Shown here: positions 30,055 through 36,018 of the stretch, one piece after another | Position numbering within the stretch: the first letter of the stretch is position 1 | How the letters are laid out: each line of letters starts with the position of its first letter | NCBI GenBank assembly: GCA_002329445.1 | Contig: DCTU01000070.1 | Span: 13,883-49,900, forward strand | Reading direction: 5' to 3' | Length of the DNA: 36,018 nucleotides | From: a bacterium UBP9_UBA1432 | Lineage (GTDB): Bacteria; Vulcanimicrobiota; Xenobia; Xenobiales; Xenobiaceae | The notes under the pieces: generated by a model | The model's database searches: none | Told to the model about the DNA's origin: nothing | Seen by the model: the letters and a program-made list of their open reading frames with translations, nothing else | Made by a program: the position numbers and the translations under genes

Positions 30055-32387
30055 GGAGGAGTTTTCGACGAGGTTCGCTCCAGGACCCTGTGCAGCCCTG
30101 GCAATCCGGAGCGCCCATGGAGTTGAGTCCTGGGGGAGGCACCTGTCGGAGGCGTTCGCCTGGATTCTTGCAGGGGCCGGCAGCATCCGGCCTGCTGGTA
30201 GCCCGCCGCAGCGGCCTCGGCCGCGTCCTTGAACACGGCCGTGCAGTTCTTGCAGTCGTAGTTCCGGCACCCGGGGCGGTGGACGACCATGCTCCGGGTG
30301 TTTCCGTGCAGGGGGCCGGCGGCGTCGGGGGACTCTGGGGGCGCGGAGGCGGCGTCGCTCGGGGCGGTCGGTTCCGGAGGCAGGGACGTGGCTCGGGGTT
30401 GGCGTGCGAGGCGTCGGAACTCCCAGGGGGGCACGGGGCTGGCCTCCTCCCACAGTCCGATGCGCTGGACGCGGGCCCGCGTCTCGGCGCTGGCCAGCGC
30501 GGCCTCGCTGGAGTACTCCTTGGAGTGCCAGGCGTGGCCGGCCTGGACCAGGGCCAGGTTCAGATCGACCCCGTCCACGAAGACCCGCCCCAGGGTTCGA
30601 CCGTAGCGGTCCAAGCCATGGCTGCGGATTTCGAGGTCCCTGCCCAGCACCCGATCGGCCGTGAAGCGTTGGGCTTCTGGTCCGCCGACCTGCCCGGACT
30701 CCGGGCAGTCGACCCCTTTGAAGCGCACCTCCAGCACGCGGTTCGGCCAGGCGCGGACCCAGATGGTGTCGCCGTCGGTGACGCTCAGGGCCTCGGCCCG
30801 GAAGGTGGCCCCCGGCCGCGTCACGCCCCAGGCGAACCAGGCCCAGCCGACCACGAGGAGCAGCGACGCCAGGACGGCGGCCATCCCGACCCTCCTCCAG
30901 GAGTGGGAGGGTCGGGCCCAGGTGGCGCCTGGATCCGGAAGCGTGGCCGGGTCGTCGGGCTCGTCCGGAACCGCCCGGCGCTCTGCTGCGGTCCCTCGCC
31001 AGCGCTTCAGCGCTTGGTAGGTGGCCCATCCTGCCGCCACCGAGAGGACCAGCCCCAAGGCCAGCCACTCCGGCGAGGCCTCCGGCGGAGGCAGGCTGGC
31101 ACCTTCCAGTCGCAGGGCGCTGGCCACCTCGGCCGAGCGCCCCGAGAAGAAGAGGATCGTGGGCACCAGGAAGAAGCCCATGGCCTGGGCGCGCCGGGCA
31201 CCCGAGAGGGGGGCGACCAGGCCCAGGAGGCTGGCCGCGGCCAGGAGGATCAGCCCCCAGAAACCGGTGGTCCAGGCCACCAGCAGGACCAGGAAGACCA
31301 GGGTGGCCCCGTTGAGCCCTCCCGGATGCAGGTGGTTGATCAGGCGGGCCAGCCTCAGGCCGTTGCCTCTCAGCACCTGCTGGCATACCAGTCCCGCCGC
31401 CAGCATGGCCAGCCCCAGCGTCAGGAGTTGGCCCCGGCCGGGCTCGGGGAAGAAGGTCTCCAGGGCCGCCGAGGCTCCGCTGCGCGAACGCGCCAGAAGC
31501 GCCAGGGCGGCGATTCCGAACAGGGCATCCGAGAGGTTGATGGAGGAGACCATCACCAGGTAGCGGCGCCCGGAGGATTCGGTCTCGGGGCCGCGTCGGC
31601 GCAGCGAGGCCAGGGCCGCGGCGTTGCCTGCGCCGAGGCCGGGCAGGAGCCCCACGGCCATCCCTCCCAGGAGGCCCGCCAGGGCCGCACCCCAAGGAAC
31701 GTGGGAGGGGAGGGCCGTCTCATCCTGTCGGGGCAGGCTGGCGCCGGGATCCCGCAGGGCCAGCAGCAGGCCGGCTGCACCGAAGAGCCCCGTCAAAGCT
31801 GGAAAGAGCGCCCCGAATGCGGCCCCTTCGCCAGGGGACAGGGGGCTGGCGAAGACGACCAGGCCCAGAAGCCCGCTGGCCAGGAAGACGACCAGGGCCC
31901 AGCCGCTCCTCTGGTCGGTGGCGATCAGGAGAAGCGAGATCCCCGCCAACAGCCAGCCCATCCAGGGGCGCAGCAGGCCATCCACCGACGAGGCGAGCGG
32001 AAGGCCCCTGGCCTCCAATGCCAGGAGTCCGGCCACCATGGCCAACCCCAGGACCAGACCCCACATCGCACCGGAAAGGGTGTAGCCCAGGGCCTCCAGG
32101 CCTCGCCCCCGGCGGACCAGGCGATGGGCAGGCAGAAGGGCGTAGGCCTCGTCGGATGGGACTCCGAGGAAGAGCGAGGGCACCGCCTCGAAGAAGGCGT
32201 GGGCCACCGCAGCCGTCACGACGCCGACGGCCGCTGCCAGGGGGGGCACACCCAGGCTTGTCCAGACGGGGGCCGAAGCGGCCAGAAGCGCGGCCGCGAC
32301 GTTCACATGCAGGCCAGGGGTCAGGCCGCTCAGGATGCCGGTGGCCATTCCCACCACGAAGGCCATCACCAGGGCCAGCGGCTCCAT
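30051..32387 (-). CDS. Fusion protein: TctA/DUF112-like polytopic membrane domain + thermonuclease (SNase) domain + Ada-like Cys-rich C-terminal tail
   Basis: ORF track, 778 aa. ATG lies 9 nt after GGAGG. Two G-L-x-PGL repeats (GILSGLTPGLHVN; VGLLPGLGAGN) sit in ~12 hydrophobic helices (aa 1-520). SNase motifs: VTDGDTIWV, VRFKGVDCPE, DRYGRTLGRVF, ALVQAGHAW. Tail: HGNTRSMVVHRPGCRNYDCKNCTAVFKDAAEAAAAGYQQAGCC. Confidence 0.8.
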   Translation of the reverse strand: MEPLALVMAFVVGMATGILSGLTPGLHVNVAAALLAASAPVWTSLGVPPLAAAVGVVTAAVAHAFFEAVPSLFLGVPSDEAYALLPAHRLVRRGRGLEALGYTLSGAMWGLVLGLAMVAGLLALEARGLPLASSVDGLLRPWMGWLLAGISLLLIATDQRSGWALVVFLASGLLGLVVFASPLSPGEGAAFGALFPALTGLFGAAGLLLALRDPGASLPRQDETALPSHVPWGAALAGLLGGMAVGLLPGLGAGNAAALASLRRRGPETESSGRRYLVMVSSINLSDALFGIAALALLARSRSGASAALETFFPEPGRGQLLTLGLAMLAAGLVCQQVLRGNGLRLARLINHLHPGGLNGATLVFLVLLVAWTTGFWGLILLAAASLLGLVAPLSGARRAQAMGFFLVPTILFFSGRSAEVASALRLEGASLPPPEASPEWLALGLVLSVAAGWATYQALKRWRGTAAERRAVPDEPDDPATLPDPGATWARPSHSWRRVGMAAVLASLLLVVGWAWFAWGVTRPGATFRAEALSVTDGDTIWVRAWPNRVLEVRFKGVDCPESGQVGGPEAQRFTADRVLGRDLEIRSHGLDRYGRTLGRVFVDGVDLNLALVQAGHAWHSKEYSSEAALASAETRARVQRIGLWEEASPVPPWEFRRLARQPRATSLPPEPTAPSDAASAPPESPDAAGPLHGNTRSMVVHRPGCRNYDCKNCTAVFKDAAEAAAAGYQQAGCCRPLQESRRTPPTGASPRTQLHGRSGLPGLHRVLERTSSKTPP

Positions 32388-32388
32388 G

Positions 32389-34893
32389 TCAGGATTCCTC
32401 CGAGACGGAGCGGACCACCAGGGAAGGCTGCCCGTTGTAGCGGTCGGTCCGGCCCTCGATCCGCAGGACGCGGCCGGATTCCAGGCGGCGGCGATCCAGG
32501 GGGGTTGTCGCGGCCTCGAACATGATGCCCTCCACCTGCGCGGTCCCGTCGTCCAGGACGAACTTCAGGTGGAGAGCGTTGCGGTTCCGGCTGCGGTGCT
32601 CCCAGATGCGGTGGACCCGGGCCGTCACGGCCACCTGGATGCCCTTCGGCATCGCGACGATCTCGGCCACCGTCGAGACGGGGACATCCTGGACGCCCTT
32701 CTCGAGGACCTGGAGATGGCCTCGGGTCAGCGGCAACAAGAAGGATCTCTTCCGCCAGACTCGGGGGATGGCCACCACGCTCACCCGGTCCCCGGAGCGG
32801 ATCGGTGGATCGACCAGGCCCAGGCGCGGCGAGAGCAGGACGGTCTGTGCGCCCTGGTCGGTCTTGATCGTGATCATCGCTCCATTGCCGGCGGTGGTCC
32901 GGGAATGGCTCACCCGGCCGATTCGGGTCACGGCGCCTGGTGGGGGCGGGGAGCTCCGCAGGCGCTCCATCTCCTGCTGGTGGCCCCACCACAGAGCGCC
33001 GCACAGGGCCAGGCTGGCCAGCAGGGCGGGCCAGGGGGACCAGGCGGGATCCTCGTCCCCGGCCGTCCTCGGCCGCAGCCACCCTTCCAGCCATCGGGGC
33101 AGCCGCCTGGAGGAGGTCGCGCGGCCGGTCCGGGCCTGCTCAGGGGCCTCTTCGCGAAGCGTTTCCTCCACGTGGGCCAGGGCCCGCAGTCGGGCGCGGG
33201 CCAGGGCCAGGAGGCCCTCCCGGGTGGCGCGGCGGAAGCCGTCCAGGACACGATGGCGGTCCTGGTCGGGCGGGGGGAGCCGTTGCCAGGCCGCGTAGGC
33301 GTACTCCAGGGGAACCTGGGAGCTGAAGCGCGCGGCACCCTCGTAGCAGGTGCCGTCGGGGAGATGGCCTTGGTTGTCGAAGAGGCGGGGCCGGAACTCC
33401 TGATCCAGTGGGCGGCCCTCGAAGGTCCAGTCGAACCCCATCTCCCGCGTCACCTGGGGCAGGGAATGGCCGAGAAACCCCAGGTTGTAGCGGCGGTCGA
33501 CCTCCTCGGCCAGGAAGGAGATCCGGCTCCGTTGAGGGGTCAGGAGTCGGGCCAGGAAGGGGTGCCCCTGAGGCTTTGCATTTCGGGTCAGGGCATTCTG
33601 CAGGGTCTTGAGGTCTCGTCGTCCGTACAGGAAGACCTGGACGGGCCCCGTCGTCTCCGGGGCACACGCCTCCAGGGCCTCTTCCAGCGCCGTCGCCCAA
33701 TCCTTCAGCAAGGCCTGCTCCTCTTCGGCGCCTGGCGGGGTCTGGGCCAGGCGCACCACCTCCCGGCGGGTCTGGGGGCCGACGACCAGGGCTCCCAGCA
33801 GGTAGACCCGATCCTCCAGATAGTCCCACCAGGCCTCGAGGAAGACCTGAACCCGTCCCGGGTGGGTCGGGCCGACCGGCAATCGGCTGGCCTGGGGGCC
33901 CTGAAGCCAGGAGCGGGCCTCCATGTCGGGGTCCAACCTGTGAGCGACCGCCCGGGCCCTCTGGATGTGCAGGTCCAGGTCGGTGCCCAGGGCCTCTCCG
34001 GCGCTCAGGGCGGCCACCTGGGCGGCGTGCTCGGAGGGGGTGCGCAGGGTCGCGTCGGGCTGCTCCTCCGGAGCCAACTCCTTCAGGGCGGCCAGCTCCT
34101 CGACCCGCGTGATCCCAAATCGGGTCAGGATGTCCTGCTCGCTGGCGCCCAGGAAGGGCACCAGCGCGAGGCTGCGGGTCTCGAAGGCCTCCCGCATGCA
34201 CAGCGCGTTGTAGGGGCAGCCCTCGCATCGCCGGGTCAGGTGGATTCGAGCCTCCTCGCGGGCGGCCCGGGCCATCCGCCAGGCCACCCCGCTCGGGGCC
34301 TCGACCATCTCCTGCACGGTCCGTCGAGAAGGGAGCAGATCGAAGGCCGTCGGCTGGTCGGACCTCCGTTCCGGCAGGCGCCACACCGAGCCCTTCAGGC
34401 GGGCTTCCAGGCTCTCTCCGCGGGTCATCTGCTCCAGCAACTCGCAGTAGATGGCCACCTGCACGCGGTGCTCGAGCCGGTCCCTGCGGCTGGCCTTGAT
34501 GTCGATCACGTGCAGGTCCACGGCTTTGGGGCTGCGTCCGCGGATCTGCACGATGTCCGCCCGGCCCCCGCAGGTGAACTCCCCCAGCGTTCCCCGCACG
34601 GGGGCCTCCACCAGGGTGACGGCCTCGCCGGATCGCAGGTGTTCCAGGGTGTCCTCGGGCGAGCCTCGGCGAAGGTCCACCACTCGGTGCCCCTGGCCTT
34701 CCAGGATCCGGTGGCAGGTCACCTCCCGCTCGGCTCCTCGCACCGACAGGAGGGGAGTCAGGAACTGCTCGGCCAGGTTCCAGCGCTCGAAGAGCCCGCG
34801 GGTCTCCGGAGGGTGGAGCCGATACCAGAGGAAACGCGCGCAGGACTCGAGCCGGAGGAATCCGGTCAGGTCGGTCGGGGCGAGATGGCGCAC
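32389..34893 (-). CDS. Multidomain nuclease: Cas4/RecB-like PD-(D/E)xK domain with 4Fe-4S Cys motif + HhH + RNase-H-like domain (TM0106-family-like), then a TM helix and C-terminal OB-fold
   Basis: ORF track, 834 aa (GTG start). C18 ... C223-x2-C226-x5-C232. GRADIVQI (D113), VIDIKAS (D131/K133), QVAIY. HhH-like LGASEQDILTRFGITRVEELAAL. RVQVFLEAWWDYLEDRVYLLG is the RNase-H-like start. Hydrophobic WSPWPALLASLALCGALWW. OB-like VAVTARVHRIW...LKFVLDDGTAQVEGIMF...GRVLRIEGRTDRYNGQPSLVV. Confidence 0.8.
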   Translation of the reverse strand: MRHLAPTDLTGFLRLESCARFLWYRLHPPETRGLFERWNLAEQFLTPLLSVRGAEREVTCHRILEGQGHRVVDLRRGSPEDTLEHLRSGEAVTLVEAPVRGTLGEFTCGGRADIVQIRGRSPKAVDLHVIDIKASRRDRLEHRVQVAIYCELLEQMTRGESLEARLKGSVWRLPERRSDQPTAFDLLPSRRTVQEMVEAPSGVAWRMARAAREEARIHLTRRCEGCPYNALCMREAFETRSLALVPFLGASEQDILTRFGITRVEELAALKELAPEEQPDATLRTPSEHAAQVAALSAGEALGTDLDLHIQRARAVAHRLDPDMEARSWLQGPQASRLPVGPTHPGRVQVFLEAWWDYLEDRVYLLGALVVGPQTRREVVRLAQTPPGAEEEQALLKDWATALEEALEACAPETTGPVQVFLYGRRDLKTLQNALTRNAKPQGHPFLARLLTPQRSRISFLAEEVDRRYNLGFLGHSLPQVTREMGFDWTFEGRPLDQEFRPRLFDNQGHLPDGTCYEGAARFSSQVPLEYAYAAWQRLPPPDQDRHRVLDGFRRATREGLLALARARLRALAHVEETLREEAPEQARTGRATSSRRLPRWLEGWLRPRTAGDEDPAWSPWPALLASLALCGALWWGHQQEMERLRSSPPPPGAVTRIGRVSHSRTTAGNGAMITIKTDQGAQTVLLSPRLGLVDPPIRSGDRVSVVAIPRVWRKRSFLLPLTRGHLQVLEKGVQDVPVSTVAEIVAMPKGIQVAVTARVHRIWEHRSRNRNALHLKFVLDDGTAQVEGIMFEAATTPLDRRRLESGRVLRIEGRTDRYNGQPSLVVRSVSEES

Positions 34894-34965
34894 GGTTCCA
34901 GGCGCTTCGCGAACCAGGACCCGAGTCCCCTGCGGGGAGGCGTGGGAACTGCTGGGAAAGCGGGA

Positions 34966-34990
34966 GGGGCAGGTCGGCAGGACCTGCCCC
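34966..34990 (-). terminator. Perfect 10-bp hairpin after the PTS gene (likely terminator separating it from the nuclease module)
   Basis: GGGGCAGGTC-N5-GACCTGCCCC. On the minus strand it is followed by TCCCGCTTTCCC. It begins 30 nt after the PTS stop (35020). Confidence 0.45.
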
Positions 34991-35019
34991 TCCGGGGGCC
35001 ATGTCGACCTGAACCCGGC

Positions 35020-36018
35020 TCAGCCCTGCATGGCGGCGGCGGTGGCCTCGGCCTGGCCGACCCCGACCAGCAGGTGCAGCGTGTCCGGGTGCACCTGCAT
35101 CAGGCCGATGCCGGCGGCCTTCAGGGCTGCCTGGTCCACCTTGGCGGCGTCCACCAGGACCACCCGGACTCGGGTCAGCGCGGTGGGGGAGACCTCGCGC
35201 AGGTTCTCTCGTCCGCCCAGGGCGTCCAGCAGCATCCGGGCCCGCTCGGCCGACTCGGGGGTGATCTGCACGGGCTCGGCCTTCGCGGTCGCCGAGGGGG
35301 CTGTCGGGGCGACCGCCATCGGCTGGTCCGAACCCGTCGAGCGCAGGAACTCCTCGATGTCGGTCTTGAGGTTCTCGGACATGGTCCCAAAGATGGCCTG
35401 CAGGCCGTTGCCTACCTGGACCACGCCGGCAGCCCCCAGGGCCTTCAGGCGGTTGGGGTCGGCCTTGCTGATGTCGACCAGGCCCACCCGCAAACGGGTG
35501 ATGCAGGCGTCCAGGGCGGCGATGTTCCCTCGGCCACCCAGGGCCAGGACCACCTGGGCCGGCAGGCTTCCGGCCTCGGCGGCAGCCCCCGTCGCGGCGG
35601 CGGCCAGGTCGGTGTCTTCGCGGCCCGGGGTCTTGAGGTTGAAGCGGGTGATCAGGAAACGGAAGACGCTGTAATAGAACACCGCGTAGATGGGACCCAG
35701 GATCAGCACCAGCCACGGCTTGGTGTCCTTCGCGAAGTACAGCACGTAGTCGATGAATCCGTGCGAGAAGGTGTAGCCCAAGCGGCCACCCATCTCGTAC
35801 ATCAGGACGAATCCGATGCCGGCCAGCAGGGCGTGGACACCATACAGCAGCGGGGCCACGAACAGGAAGGCGAACTCGATCGGTTCGGTGATGCCCGTCA
35901 AGAACGAGGTCAGGGCCGCCGAGATCATGATGCCGAAGACCTCGGCGCGGCGCTCCTTCTTTGCGCAGTGCCAGATGGCAATGGCCGCCGCCGGCAGGCC
36001 CCACATCTTGAACAGGAA
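35020..36018 (-). CDS. PTS glucose/N-acetylglucosamine-family EIIC-EIIB component, N-terminus beyond the right window edge; carries a second, Cys-less EIIB-like domain
   Basis: The 35020..36006 ORF continues to the window edge ([12 protein letters not shown]...). EIIC end: [29 protein letters not shown] active-site motif [19 protein letters not shown]. Second copy: [20 protein letters not shown]. Confidence 0.85.
   Translation of the reverse strand, partial: FLFKMWGLPAAAIAIWHCAKKERRAEVFGIMISAALTSFLTGITEPIEFAFLFVAPLLYGVHALLAGIGFVLMYEMGGRLGYTFSHGFIDYVLYFAKDTKPWLVLILGPIYAVFYYSVFRFLITRFNLKTPGREDTDLAAAATGAAAEAGSLPAQVVLALGGRGNIAALDACITRLRVGLVDISKADPNRLKALGAAGVVQVGNGLQAIFGTMSENLKTDIEEFLRSTGSDQPMAVAPTAPSATAKAEPVQITPESAERARMLLDALGGRENLREVSPTALTRVRVVLVDAAKVDQAALKAAGIGLMQVHPDTLHLLVGVGQAEATAAAMQG

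Noticed and set aside
1-36018. A search for CRISPR arrays, tRNA/rRNA genes, toxin-antitoxin pairs, phage or integrase genes.
   Set aside because: I saw no regularly spaced direct repeats and no T-loop-type GGTTCGAATCC motif outside coding sequence. I also saw no rRNA-like conserved blocks and no recognisable recombinase or phage structural motifs in any frame.

Overview
This is visibly GC-rich bacterial chromosomal DNA with strong GC3 bias, so the six-frame track is full of long antisense 'shadow' ORFs. After reading the translations I support 25 protein-coding genes, three copies of a ~43-55 nt palindromic repeat, two matching Crp/Fnr-type promoter architectures and a few hairpin terminators. 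I see no rRNA, tRNA, CRISPR array, transposase or integrase.

Gene order, left to right:
- partial AmmeMemoRadiSam radical-SAM gene (-)
- secreted DnaJ-type zinc-finger protein, then a stand-alone FtsH-like M41 peptidase domain
- NitT/TauT-type ABC importer: fused ATPase::permease plus a substrate-binding protein
- an envelope locus (5287-13193) with four paralogous exported FGE-sulfatase-fold proteins (none has the catalytic FGE Cys pair), an SGNH hydrolase, an anchored SAM methyltransferase and an LTxxQ-repeat protein
- a Crp/Fnr regulator divergent from an SLH-domain outer-membrane porin
- HemN-like radical SAM enzyme plus an EamA transporter
- a SERCA-like P-type ATPase bracketed by inverted copies of the palindromic repeat
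- ssnA-ygfK
- a Pro-rich membrane protein, then a PfkB kinase
- a tightly coupled three-gene minus-strand module (29488-34893)
- partial PTS EIICB

The best candidate for an undescribed system is the 29488-34893 module. It encodes (i) a Cas4-like 4Fe-4S PD-(D/E)xK nuclease with an RNase-H-like domain, a TM helix and an OB fold, (ii) a TctA/DUF112-like polytopic membrane domain fused to an intact thermonuclease and an Ada-like Cys tail, and (iii) a small anchored protein. The second candidate is the FGE-fold/SGNH/methyltransferase envelope locus.

Limits: every family assignment comes from motif recognition by eye, with no database search. Several start codons were chosen from SD spacing and may be off by tens of nt.
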